A stretch of DNA of 57,143 nucleotides, filler included, from Sphacelaria rigidula (GCA_964200075.2; 6 parts of 6 records of this genome joined end to end with filler, not necessarily neighbours in it); one strand, 5' to 3'; shown: positions 12,523 to 24,836, numbered from the whole stretch's first letter. The notes: generated by a model from the sequence alone, not told the origin. Numbers and translations are program-made.

Positions 12523-13167
12523 TAGGGTGATATGTCGGTGGTGCGGTCGATGAGGAATGGTGTTGGGATCGGTTGTGTTGTGGATACGGTGGTGGATGAG
12601 ATGGCGGTGGTGCAGCGGAGGAATGATAGGGACAGCTGTCTGGTGCTTGGTTAGGTGGTGGGTGGTAATAGGATGATGGGGGTGATGTGTAGCAGGGGAG
12701 ATGTTCGGTGATGGTGGTAGGTTGCGGCTGCAGCTGATGTTGAGAGGTATGATACTGTACGGTGTGGGCAAAACCGACATCGTTGAAAGCATCGTCCTCA
12801 AAGACAAAGTTATCAATGCTCTCATGATGCTGGAGGGCGGCATCAGTCTGCTGAACGGTGTTGTCTTGTGATGAATGGCTGTGGATTTGGTGTTGTGGGT
12901 GCGGGTAATGAGATTGTGATGATGTGTGGTTGGATTGTTGTTGGTGGTGTGTCGAGCCCTGATTGCCTGAGAAACGGCGGTGATCTGGGACTGTGTTCCT
13001 CGGTTGGTGGGTGTGGTGTTGGCGAGGAGGGCAGTTAGGACAGCTAAGTGGACAACGAATCTGGTAGGTTCGTTGATTGGGTTGGTGTACCATACCACGG
13101 CCCGGTCCCGATCGGTTCCACGGACTGTGTGGTCGCCAATGCTGATGTTGTCTGGGGGAATACCACC

Positions 13168-13384
13168 TGGAATGCGTGAGAGGACCGCGTGCTTAGAGGA
13201 CCGCGCCGTTGTTCAAAATACCTCAGGATCAACGTTTTTCAAAACCAATCGGGCCGGTCCCTGCAGGTACCATGCCCCTGACCCTAACCCCAACACTAAC
13301 CCTAACTCTAACCCTAACCCTAACCATAGGGGTGTTCAAATTCTGATGCGGTCCTCTAAGCACGCGGTCCTCTCACGCATTTCA
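13168..13384. mobile_element. 217-bp TIR element with TG..CA ends, 5-bp TSD and internal telomere-like repeats
   Basis: TIR TGGAATGCGTGAGAGGACCGCGTGCTTAGAGGACCGC is mirrored at 13348-13384. The TSD is CCACC (13163-67, 13385-89). Degenerate (CCCTAA)n lies at ~13276-13325. Confidence 0.9.
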
Positions 13385-13389
13385 CCACC

Positions 13390-14363
13390 CCTCTCGACCA
13401 CCATGGCCACCGCTGAAGTTTTGCTGTGGGCCATGATTGGAATGAAAACTGGATGCTGTGGGGAATTGGTGCGGTGTTGAGGGAAGTTGTGGTAGTTGTG
13501 TTGATATTGGGAATTGTTGGATCGTCGGCTCCCCCCGTCCTGCCTTCTGCTTGGTGAACCATGACGCCTTCCACCGTTAGCACTAGTGGCGGAAAGTGCA
13601 TGGTTCAAGGTTCTCTTTTGCCTCTCTCTTGACAATTGTGCCTCAGCATAAACATTCTCTATGTGGTGATTGACCTCCTCCGTGCTAATCTCACGGTCTG
13701 CCAATAAAGTCCTACGCTCGTGCTCGTATTCTGACGAAAGGCATCTAACAATATGTCTGTTCGCCTCCGAGTCTGAGAGAACTACATTGAGTTCTGCGCG
13801 TTTCGTGAGAATGAACTGTGCCCGCGAGAGACAGTTCATCGGTAATTCACCGTCAGCCATCTATAACGTTTGCCACTCGTACTCCAACTTGGCTTTTTTC
13901 CGTAGCTGCTGGAATCCTGCAGTACTTGACGATGTAATCCCATGCTTTGCTTGAGTTCGCAAGCATATCGATGTGCCTTACTAAGAGGGGGTAGGTGACC
14001 TTATCAAGGATGATCTTCATGGCCTTTTTGGCTTCATCGACAGCTACGTTACCGAATTGTACTCTCAAATCTTCATCGTTGTCCCGGTGTATTCTGATGG
14101 GGTCGTCAGCTGACAACGCGTCATAGCAATCTTCAATCTTTATCCTTGAAATAAGCACACATCTGGATGAAAAACACATCGAACCTGTCCCTGGCATTCG
14201 TGGATGTTGCAGCTTTTTCATCCCAAGGTGGTATGCTTTCGTTGCTGCGAACACGGTGGGAATTGGGGTTGTGGAAAGGTGCTTGCGGTGCTGCGGTAGC
14301 AGGCATCACCGGGGTACTGTTCATCTGCTTCATTCTATTCATCTCTTTAGTTAGATGTCTCAA
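13390..14363 (-). pseudogene. gag: Copia-type gag (UBN2-like), frameshifted
   Basis: Three overlapping ORFs (14133-14363, 13853-14254, 13336-13860) include SSKAWDYIVKY, DGELPMNCLSRA and IVRCLSSEYEHERRTL, typical of Copia gag. A His/Gln/Pro-rich extension follows at 12518-13093. Confidence 0.75.
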
Positions 14364-14564
14364 TTATTCTGCCATGGTTATAGGGTCCTGGTGTTTTGCC
14401 ATATTAAAACCTAGTCAAATTGCCAACCTTGCTCAACCTTCACTCAAACCTGAAAACTCCCATGCGTCTCTCTTGGAACCTCTTCGACTCAAACTGTCCT
14501 CTTGCCCAATCCTCTCTCCAATCTTGAACCCTACTGCAAAGGCGGCAAATATTTTCCGCTGGCG

Positions 14565-15178
14565 TGAGAAATCGCTCTGATGCGGGGGTAATCGTCCACA
14601 CAGATCAGGTGTGCGTGAATGGTAGTCAGAAGCCCGGTTCAGGCAAGTAACAGTAGTGTAAGGCGCCTTTGTATCATGATCTCGTCACACCCTGCTTGCT
14701 CATTCAGTTTCCCTCAATCAATCTCACTCAGTCACCCAATAACACACACTCAATCTTTCTCACTCAATACCACACTAACATACTCACTGCACACACTCAT
14801 GCCAAACTCAGAGCAAGGTACTTTGACCGTACGCACCCAAAACCAGACCTGACTGAACGACGTGGGCAGTGCGTAATCTATTACTTATTATGCTAGCACG
14901 GTTTTTGAAAAAATCATTCATCTTGAAAATATTGTTGGGTCGCTATTTTGTAAAACCGTGCCAGCATAATAAGTAAAAACCTAACAGTGCGTAACTCGTT
15001 TGTCTGCGCGTGAAGTATATTGTACTGGCATAACCTACATCATTAGACACTATTCTTCTGATTGCCCATGATAATGTTCCGCAACCTCAACGTGGTTGAT
15101 GTCTACTTGTACCCCTCTGAATCTTGCATCACTCTTGTCTGACTCTTGTACATGACTGAGCGTGAGCATATTCGATCA
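14565..15178 (-). repeat. 5' LTR (contains a small MITE)
   Basis: Aligns with 10393-11191 except for insertion 14877-14984. Confidence 0.9.
14877..14984. mobile_element. 108-bp MITE with a 10-bp TSD (Mutator-like)
   Basis: TSD CAGTGCGTAA at 14867-76 and 14985-94. Inverted repeats TTACTTATTATGCTAGCACGGTTTT / AAAACCGTGCCAGCATAATAAGTAA. Absent from the other LTR. Confidence 0.85.
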
Positions 15179-15959
15179 GAGTATGGGTATTCACATGGAA
15201 TACCCATTTGTGATAAAGATATCCATCTGGGATACGGATAGCCATAAGAGACCTAGATGTGGAACGTCAATTTAGGATATTCATCTGAACCTGGATCGTC
15301 CCGGATGAATGCAGTCGAACGCGGACGTGAACTTGGAACATCTCACTTGCCGAGAGCAATTGATCTTGTCGTCGTTGTTTTTTTTTTGCGCTTTCCACTG
15401 AACGTCACACTCACCCAAACGCGTGGGCAATTTGTGTGCTAGTGACGGTACGTCTGGCTTAGCGCCCGTTGTTGAGCGCTGAGTAGTGTGCGCTGATTGG
15501 TTGTACGTTTGGGCTGGCGTGCGCTAGTGGAAGAATGCGCATTATGAGCTGGCGCAACATATATGTACATCTCGGCTGGTGCACGCTGACAAAACATAGT
15601 GCACGTTAAGCGGGTAGTTCACGCAGTTTAATATTCGCGCTGAAAGACTGCGGTGCTATATCCGCGAGGATAAACGTCCTAGATGGACATACTTGACGCA
15701 TGCGGAGTCCAGCGTGAATGCATCAGACACATGTAAAGTCCCAGATGAATACCCTAGAAAATAGCCGCATCCCAGATCGGTATCTCAGACTGGATATCCA
15801 AACCTCATATAATATGTATTTTTACCGGATGAATGGTCATGTTTCAGATGGAAAGCCCAGATTGGTCCATATCCCAGATGAAGCTTGCACGATAGTGCAA
15901 GCCCTGGATTGTTCTTGGGTGACGAGTGAGAAGGCATCTATAGATAGCTCAGAGTAATC

Positions 15960-18900
15960 TTTCCGGCGAATTCCGCCGGTTTTCATAAGATGAGAAGATC
16001 ACATGATAGTCAGCGAGACGGGATGTCTCCTCCTGTCTTGTCCCGGCGAGTGTTCCCGGCGAGTGTTTGTTCAAAGCTTCAAAATAAGGGATATTCAAAG
16101 GCGCAACCAAGACTTGAAAAATCGAAACCACAACCCGGTACTCCAAAGCAAGTCCAAAGCAAAAAACAAGACAAGAGAAAATACAGACTGACTCTGCCCA
16201 GCAGCGACCTCGTCGCAGTGGGCACGTAAGCTATCGGACTACTAACCCGTGACTTTCTGTTCTTGGTTGCTGACCCGCCCCCTTTTCTCGGGGCTGGTCA
16301 ACACTTCACCCCTTAGGCGGCCCGATAAGCTGCGCTCCTATCACACCTTTCTCAGACAGTTCTCATCAGCTACGTATTAGTGCCTCCGAAACAGAGCTTC
16401 CTCACCTTCAGCTCTGACGTAAATAATGAATGCTTGTGATTTACAACGACCCGCCCTCTGAATTTGCAGGGGGGTTGCTCCTTGCACGGCTGGTTTAGTA
16501 GCTCCCCTCAATCCTACCCGAGTGGAGGGCGTACGTACTGCCTGGGGTCTCTTCCTGCGCGACTTGCCAACTGACGTAGAGCCGCGGTAGCTTCATCGCG
16601 CATGATCACTCTCCACACCAATTCACTCCAGGTCTGCATCGGTGGCGCTTGTGCGCCTGGGCTAGGGTAATGCTCTAGTTACTCAAGCAATAATTCTAAT
16701 GCGCTGTTGATTTGTTGGCTGTGCACTTTGTCTTGCCCCACCAGAATCCTTTTTCTAGATATTATTGCTCCCTGGCGTTTTTGATCTGCCCTGAAGGCCT
16801 TAAACGTAGCCTCCACCGTGTCTGCTTCCCTCCTGCCTACCCCCTCAAGTTGGACTGAACCTTGAAATAATTTCAGATCGCCTCTGGTGGGATAAAGTTC
16901 GGAACGTACTAAGCTGGTGTAGTACGCCCACATGCCCGAGGCTCTACACAGTAAAAAATACAACAGCGCCAAACCCATCCACTTGATGCGCTCTCCCACC
17001 GACTCTATACTTCTTGACAAGTTCGCATTCAAGATGTCTATCGTCAGTGGTTTTCTCACTCTCCTCTCGACGTCACCTCTTCCATGCATCCTGCCAATAC
17101 CCTTGTATATCGCGGTCAACATACAGTGACGAGTGGGTAGCTCTCACCCCGTCAACATCTTATGACAATATTGAAGAACATACAAATATGGTCGTACTGT
17201 GGAGCTCTGGTTCCCGTGGTAGAAAACCCTACTCGCCATGAAGGTAGTGAGGGAGGTCACCGCGGTCAGCTCTCCGTCTTTTTCTCGTAAGAATGCATCT
17301 CCCCCCCCCGGGCTTCTGTCCATTTTACCCATGTCTCGAATTACCTTATGTGGCTCTTCTTGGTACTGCTACCTACGGAAGCGAGGGGTTACGTACGCAC
17401 TAGCTCTTGCTCGTCGTGTAAGTGACCGTGTCGTTCTCCTGGTGAGTATTGAGGGAAACAAAATGAGAAGAAGAAGGTATGGTGCCAAACGGGCCGGCGT
17501 AAATGGTGATGTTATATTTTGTTGATTTATGTCTTCATTGATTACTGACCACGACTCATCGTCTGGCCGTCTTTTCGGCAGCGGTTCTTGAAGAACCACG
17601 TCAAATACAAGGGTAGTGTTTCCCCGGAGACTGATGTCGAAATATTTCCAGCCCTGTTCTCCTGCCAATTGGTTAAACCTGTCTTGAACTTGGACCGCGA
17701 GCCATCTCGAAATTCCGTCGATCAGGACATTTCCAATACCTCAAGTGTATTCTGCTATTGGATACCATCCCGATGTGATTTCCATCCGACCCATCATTCT
17801 CAGGAGAAGACCAGCACGTCGGTCTCGAGAACAAGGTAGGAGGGGTTCCATTCTTTTCCGGCCACGCTCAGTATGTCGACGAAGGAAGCATGTGAGCTGT
17901 CCAGGGGCCATTCGTTTTCCAACAACTCGTGGATTTTCTTTATCTGTTTTGGTGGGTACGGAAATCCGCATACTGTGGGTGTTGATCGTGTACCCCAATG
18001 CCTCCACGGTGGTATCCCAATCGGTACGCGTACGTGTTGGAGAGCGTTCGCCAGTCGGCTTCCGACAACAAAATCCGTTCGTTTGGGAATTTCGTTTCAA
18101 GTCGCAGGATTTCTTGTAGTGATAGGGGCAGGGCCTTGGCGCAAAGTCACCCTTGGATTTTCGTCGGGGTTGGTGACGGCGTTTAATCCTCTTTTTGTAC
18201 CGGGTTTGGACTTGATGTCGAACGAAAAATCATGAATGCTGCGGATCCTGTTGGTGACTACTACTCCCAGTGGAGCTGTTCGTACGTGCCTAGTTTCTGA
18301 GGCCGCTGATCGGTTAATAACCAAGCATCTATTCCTCCTCACATCTTCCGTCGATTGTTTCTAGACCTGCGAAATGTGACCGCTACTCCTGTGGTTACCA
18401 TCTTCAAGTTTTTGTCTCAAGTCCGGTGCAGTATCTGTCGTGTCTATCGGCACACCGTGTTCGAGTATGTCCATGAGCTGTTTGTCTATTTCCGGGAAAC
18501 GTTTCACTTCTCTAAAGTGGTGGTGGACTTCACGGAGGTTCATCGGCGGTGGCACCAGAGTGCCACCGAGCCTTCCGGCTATATCTCCGAGGTTCCCGTT
18601 GAACAGTCTCACTGATTCCGCGGACCTTGTAGGTGACTACTGGAGCTACTCGTAAGTGCCTAGTTTCTGAGGCCGCTGATCGGTTAAACACCAAGCATCT
18701 GTTTCTCCTCACATCATTCTTCATTTTTTCCCAGACGTGCAAGGTGTGGCCGTCGATACTTCTGTGGTTACCATCTTCAAGTGTTTGTCTCAAGTCCGGT
18801 GCAATATCTGTCGGGTCTATCGTTGCACCGTGTTCGAGTTTGTTCATAAGTTTGTCTATATCTGGGAAACGTTTTACTTCTCCAAAGTAGTGATGAACTT

Positions 18901-18982
18901 TACAGAGGTTCATCGGCGGTGACACCTGTGACGGTTTAAGAGACAACCAACTAGACTACTGACAAGTCAGCGCTGACTTGTC
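15960..18982 (-). mobile_element. Decayed DIRS/Ngaro-type tyrosine-recombinase retrotransposon, truncated by contig end
   Basis: RT-like fragments at 17741-18946 (APLGVVVTNRIRSIHDFSF; DWDTTVEALGYTINTHSMRISVP) are followed on the same strand by a tyrosine recombinase. There are many frameshifts and deletions, and the 3' boundary is approximate. Confidence 0.85.
16410..17332 (-). pseudogene. Tyrosine recombinase of the DIRS-type element
   Basis: Motifs RKPLTIDIL, LALLYFLLCRAS and FRADQKRQG. At ~16410-16560 it reads ALHSGRIEGAT...IQRAGRCKSQAFIIYVRA, matching the HxxR...GRW.S...Y box. Confidence 0.85.
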
Positions 18983-19082
18983 NNNNNNNNNNNNNNNNNN
19001 NNNNNNNNNNNNNNNNNNNNNNNNNNTTAATTAATTAANNNNNNNNNNNNNNNNNNNNNNNNNNNNNNNNNNNNNNNNNNNN
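18983..19082. other. Artificial contig linker
   Basis: N44-TTAATTAATTAA-N44. Confidence 0.99.
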
Positions 19083-19441
19083 ACCCCGGGCTGCCCCCTC
19101 CCGGTTTTGGTGGGATTGCGGGTCCCTCGTTTTAAGACCTTGGCATGCATGTTTCGGGGTTCCCCCCCCCCCCCCAATATGTTGATCGCACTTGGATCAT
19201 ATCGCACACCACCGTCGATCCCAACGATGACGAGGTAGTGAGACTGCTTGTGGACACCCACCGCATGACAACATACAAGGCAGGCACTACGGTACCACAC
19301 TTCCAACCTTCAGGCTCCGACTCTTCCAAAGGAAAGCTAACGGAAAGCTAACGGACGGATAGAAAACAAAGCAAAACAAGAATCAGACAGCAGTCGCCTT
19401 CGTTGCAGCCGCAGCCGTAGCACCATCACCTCATGACTCAC

Positions 19442-19528
19442 CTGTACTCCGCGAACCCCGATACTTTCGATTAACTCCGTGAAGACGCCAGGATCGCTCT
19501 CGATCGTACACCACGAGTCATTCTCCAT
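19442..19528 (-). CDS. UCHL5: Ubiquitin C-terminal hydrolase UCH37/UCHL5 family, first coding exon
   Basis: [29 protein letters not shown]|gtgagt matches the [15 protein letters not shown] signature of peptidase C12 UCH37. The remaining exons were not found and probably lie beyond the contig end. Confidence 0.9.
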
Positions 19529-19865
19529 TGTAGGGTTCTCTGCTGCGGTCAAGAGGGGTGCCAATTTCAGTTGCAGCAATTCGATCTCGGACTTTGTCGA
19601 ACCACAACAAAGGTGGATAGGAGGTCAACCGACTTCAGAGTATTCCCAATTAGCTGCTTGGCCTTTGGTGTGGGAAAAGGATTTACTAGGGTTCAGTGCC
19701 CTACGCTCAACTTACTCGGTCACAGACAGTATACCGCAATATACCATACCCTGGACAAAATATTACATCGTGAAAAAGTGTATTACGTACACTTTGGAAT
19801 CTGTTGTCTATCGCAATAGACCTATACGTTGATACTGTACGCAGTACACTTCTGACAATTTCATA

Positions 19866-20113
19866 TGACGCTTTCTACGATAGCCCCCCCTAAAACCAGC
19901 CCAAAATTCTCACAAAAAATGGACGTACAGCGCCTGATGTTTGGGTTCAGGCTGCACGAAGCGTCTCACATGGGCGACATTGGCGAGAACGAACCCAAGC
20001 GTGGGAATTCCCAGCTGCTCGTTGTGCTCGGCTCTTTCCATTTGGATTAACGGAACGATTTTGCATTCCCAAACCATGCACTTTTTGGGGAGGGGCTATC
20101 GTAGAAAGTGTCA
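19866..20113. mobile_element. MITE, 248 bp, TA TSD
   Basis: TIRs TGACGCTTTCTACGATAGCCCC / GGGGCTATCGTAGAAAGTGTCA flanked by TA. Homologs at 9190-9431 and 26805-27075, plus a fragment near 47810-47865. Confidence 0.85.
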
Positions 20114-20162
20114 TATATGTTATTATCCAGTGTGTGAAAATATGAAAATATCCTGCACAACG

Positions 20163-20490
20163 CCACGCACCGGTGGTCAAAATTAAAATCGTACAACTGA
20201 AACCATGAGGTCGCATACATGTGGGTTCGACTTACGGCAGATATATTCGTTTTTTTCTGAAAGTGTATGATTTCTGCCGTTGAAAACGCGACAACGCGGG
20301 GGATAAAAATACACTTGGCGAGAGTTCGAAGCGGTGCGGGTGTGCTGATCTGACCCGCGATACCGAAGTGTAAGGTGTGTGCCGTACCCGGGGGGAGATG
20401 GCTCGATCGATGCCTTGAGACCAATGACTCGTCCCGAGGAATGAGATGGGGTTAAAGATGATCAAAACGAACAGAAGAAAAACACACAAG
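20163..20490 (+). mobile_element. Degenerate tRNA-derived SINE related to 10485-10786
   Basis: B-box-like GGTTCGACT. It shares the core GCGGTGCGGG..CCGCGA.ACC and the 3' part GTACC..GGGGAGATGG..GAGACCA..GACTC.TCCCGAGGAA with the 10485 SINE, and has an A-rich end. Confidence 0.65.
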
Positions 20491-21969
20491 TTTGGAGTAT
20501 TGACTGCTAACTTTCTACAGTTCAGAGCAGACCAACTGACGAGCCTGAATAAAGGCCAGGTCGATACGGCTGACCACTGAGCTACACCAACGGCGTATTA
20601 TGCAACACAGCTACGGTGACATGGCTCTTGGTTTCAGGGTACTGGCTGCCAAGTGCGCAAGTGTAGTGTATCAACCCATCAACTACAACTTGAGGTCACC
20701 CTTTGGCAACCGTGGCTTGCCAACGACCAAATGGGCCTGTTTGAGGGTGACTGACAGCAGATATAGACAGCGTCATCATGACCGGCGAGACAGTACATGC
20801 GATGGGTGTGAGCAGGTTATATATTAAAAAAAAAACTCATACCACCGTGACTTTCAGAGGCGGCGTGCGGTATGATGCGAGTGCATCATCGAAGTGTGCT
20901 AGGGATACTTTTCCCACAGCAAGCACCTTGTCTGTGGTCACATTATTACTTCTCGCTGTGCTGCCATGTGCTGAGCACACAGGGTGGGATGGCCTGGGGG
21001 GCAGCCAAAGCACGCTTCTCATCGATGACTGGGCATTTATGCTCACCAAGAGATCCGTCACTCGTTTGCCGTGAGTGCTACAGCAACGAAAACTTCGCTG
21101 CGCCAAGGATAAATTTCTAGCAATCATCACAAACACAGGTGGCCGCCATGCCATCTGCTGAGCACGCCTTAGTACCACCGCCAGTTGCTTGGGGTAGGGG
21201 GTTGTACTCGACGGAGACAACGGTGATTCCGTCGGTTGTCGCGTATTTGCCTCAGCGTTGCTCAGGTTGGTGTGCCCTGCTTCCCTGTTCGTGTTTGGAC
21301 TGGCCCCTTACCTGCCCCCTTCTGGGAGGTCTGAGTACGGCGCGGTGATTTCATGCTCATTTTTACAAGTATGCTGAGGTAGCACAACCGGATTGCTTTT
21401 AACCATGCACTATAATAGTGTACGAGAAAAACGCACTTGCATATACTTTTCGGAACGCATTTTCTCGCGCACTTCTTACTCATGGGCGCTTGGGTTTGGT
21501 CGCTCGAGCTCGGTCAGTGTGTCATATGTGCATGTGATTGATTTGCAATCCACGCAAAGAGGGGGGAAAAAACTAAGTGACCTTGATCTCGCATTCTTGT
21601 ACTGCGGTTTGCGCTGCCGTTAACATGGATCCACAGGTTTTGTCCAAGCCCCGAGCATCGAATACATGAGTTTGGGGATAGGAATACTCGCCAGAAATCA
21701 AATCATAATAATATACAAGGTTCCCCTTCGGGAGGTTGGTACGGGCTTCCCGGGGGTGGCGCAAGTCGGAAGTATATGGTTAAGTGATCGTGGCTGTACA
21801 AAACATCGCGTGTGTTATCGGATGTCGTTCGGAAATGCGGGAACTCGGACGGAGGCCGACGGCGGAACCGCCGGCGTTGAACATGTGTGGTATTTCCGAG
21901 GTACCAGCGTGCGAAGTAGCTCTCGTGCCACAGAGACATGACAGCGGGAGGCATTCCAGAAAAATTGGA

Positions 21970-24836
21970 ATGCGTGGAACATTCTTGGCATGCTCTTTGT
22001 TAATCACTGTGGCTTCCACATCACCTTTGCCGCAAAACATTCCTGTGCTCCCGTGCCTTGTTGAACTCGCCAACGACCCATCACGCGGTCGTATGTTTGC
22101 TGCTGACTAAGGCCAAGACATCGTTTAATTGTGTTCAACTGCTTTGCTCTCATGTTTTCGTGACATTGGCGGCATAAGAGGTGTGTTCGTGCTCCCAACT
22201 GAAGGAGAACGCGACAAAGAGAAACAGGGGGGGGAAATCCCCGCCAAAAGCAATCCTGTTTGAAGATTTCCATGATCTTCAACAGGCTTTTTTTATGGTT
22301 CGGGATCGACAACGCGCGAAAAAAAAAACAGTTTGAGTGACTTTTGGCGGCCAGAACACGCGCCACAGGTATCGGATGACACCCAAACCCGTACGGTAAT
22401 GTACCGCTGAGCCTTCTCAGTGCGCTGCAAAAGAAAGCGCGCGAAAAAATGCCTTGCCGCTAGAGAATACTCGGCACAAGCGGTGAAAAATGTGAAATGA
22501 TACATGTACATATAGCCGTACAATCAAGGCTTTTCACGAACAAGGCAAACTCTTACACGGCCATTTTTGCAGCGGGTACCCGGTCTTACATGAGCATCTC
22601 TGAACCGGACGGCGATTGTGCACTGTCACTTGACCATCTTTGCGCCATACAGCGAAAGAAAACGTTCACGCATATGCTTCGGTTGTGTGTAAAGTGAGTG
22701 TATATTTCAGGAAGTGCAGTTGGAGTTATTAGCGATCGCGTTTTGGATGCCAGAATGGAAGATGACCCATCTGGTTTGTACACTAAGTTCATCTGCTTCG
22801 GCAGAAAAGTACTCATCGGTCAGTTTATGAACCACGGTGGTGAGAAATTGAACCGGAGTTTTTGGAAGACATAGCTATGGTCGCATTCTATAGTCCTTTG
22901 CTCGCATGATTGTGATTTATTGCGTCGAGTCTGATGACTCAACCATGTTATATTTTCGGAGGGTGGTAAAGAACGTGACAACAACTCAAACGCATCACTA
23001 GGGGGTGATATACAAGATACCAACGCAATGCTTCGCAGCCTCGTCTTCTGTACCAGTACATGCCTACTACACCGTACCCCCTACATTCTACACATCACGA
23101 TGTGTAGCTACGCCAGATACTCTCATCAAACATAACCAGACAGATTTGTCTCATGGACGTATCAAATTAGAGTATGTGAGTTCTCCCAGGTTTCTCCACC
23201 AAATTGAACCGCAAATGCGACGAACCAGGCGCACCGACACCCACGTCAAAACAGGACCGTCGCCAAGGATTCTTGAAGCAGGACCCGCCGTATTTATGGT
23301 GGCTCACAGCGGCTGACTGAAAATAGTTTGGAAATCATACGTAGATTTTCTTGCACCTGGAAAATCCCTCTCCTTCCAGTCACCAACGCGTGGTCGCAGA
23401 CCCACAGCTCCCCGTCTTCACCGTGACCTCGGGGTTGAATTGAATTCGAGCCACGCTTTGAACCTGGTCATCTTCTTTGTAATTTATCCTGTGTTCATGA
23501 AAAAGGATGGTTGCTCTTCGCCGGTTTCATTCTCTCACATCGATATCGACACAGCCTCCACTTGATTAGGAGAAATATGGAATTTGCTGAACGATGGATA
23601 TTTTTTCATACCTGTACATGTGAAACACTGAATCAGGAGTGCTGTTTTTGGATATTGTGCTTCCGTTTATATATCAGTAAATGACTCCTGGAATTGCGTA
23701 TCTCAAATTTAATTCAAAACGTCCATCATGGGGGTCTCCTTGCAAACCCACGACATGCTGCTGGACGGTTGCAGGGGGATTGCAGGGGGTGCACAATGCA
23801 GGCTGGCAACGCAGTTCGCGTGACAGTAATTTTTATTGCAAAGAAAGGTAAGAATTGCGGTGTTTTGGTCTGCATGACTCTGTGTTGATCATGTGCAGGA
23901 ATCGTACTCATGACCAGTTACAGAGTAGACAGCACGGACGCAGGGTTCAACGGTGACATTGACGGGGGATAACACCCCCTATGATGGAGACTCAACTTAT
24001 ATTTTCGCACTACCTGCTGCGGCTACGTCCAAAGTTGTATCGCACCGACATGCCTCTCTACATAATATTCACTGGGAACACAATGCTTGAGGAAATCGAA
24101 GGTGGGGTCATTACATTTATCAACCGGGGGTCTTATGCGTGCTTGTGGCTAGATGTCCGGATCACCGTACCGTACCGGAACGGAACGGACCGTGCTGTAC
24201 AACATCGCACCGCACAGTTCGCCGATGTGGTACAATATTATGCAGACGGTATGATACTGCAAATATATCGTTGTGTAGACACCCCGGCATCGCAAGTCTT
24301 GACGCGAAACGGCCGACCCTTTGATGGTGAACTTCGTCTCGGAGCAGTTTCGCCTGCTGAGGGGCCAGGTGTATCAAAGGGTTTCCACACGGGTAGAGGG
24401 GTTCTTGAGGAGGGGTGAAGGTTCCCAGATTGCCGGAGAAACCTTCACATATCAAGGGGTGCTCCCAGGAAATTGCGAGATCGGGCAGCAGGCCTGAAGA
24501 AGAAGGCTGTCACACCATTTTGGTAGTTTAGATTGGCCACTCAGTCCATCATGTTCCCGTGCAACCGGTATATGTTGGGACACGCTCGCCGTCAAGCCGT
24601 ACGAGTACCACTCGACAACGGAATCACACGAGAACGGTGACGCTTTTTGCCTGATGTGCAATCTCTGAAACCGGCCTTCCCCCTCCTCTTGTTTTAAAGA
24701 TAGCTACCGGACACTACTGTTGCGAAAACTGATGATAAGAGAGATAGAATCAGCGTTCAGTACACAGTACACTGAGTGTGTGACGACAATCGAAGAGTTA
24801 GAGGGAGGCCTACGAGAGTCAAGGAGTAAGAGGTAG
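21970..24836 (+). CDS. Hypothetical, possibly secreted protein (multi-exon model)
   Basis: Phase-compatible candidate exons are 21970-22090 (MRGTFLACSLLITVASTSP, signal-peptide-like), 22516-22693, 23144-23171, 24092-24248 (weak GAG acceptor) and 24700-24836 (stop). No family recognised. Confidence 0.4.

Larger units (their letters stand above)
10393..15178 (-). mobile_element. Non-autonomous (gag-only) Copia-like LTR retrotransposon
   Basis: Direct repeats at 10393-11191 and 14565-15178 have TG..CA ends. The TSD is AAGTA/GAGTA (1 mismatch). A polypurine tract GAACAGGGGGGC lies at 11192-11203 on the minus strand. A decayed gag is present and no pol is recognisable. Confidence 0.9.

Noticed and set aside
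13276-13325. True telomere or chromosome fusion point
   Set aside because: The tract is short, degenerate, in one orientation and enclosed by TIRs and a TSD.
18961-18982. Perfect 22-bp palindrome GACAAGTCAGCGCTGACTTGTC
   Set aside because: It lies exactly at a contig end, where assemblers often stop or fold back, and cannot be interpreted without reads.
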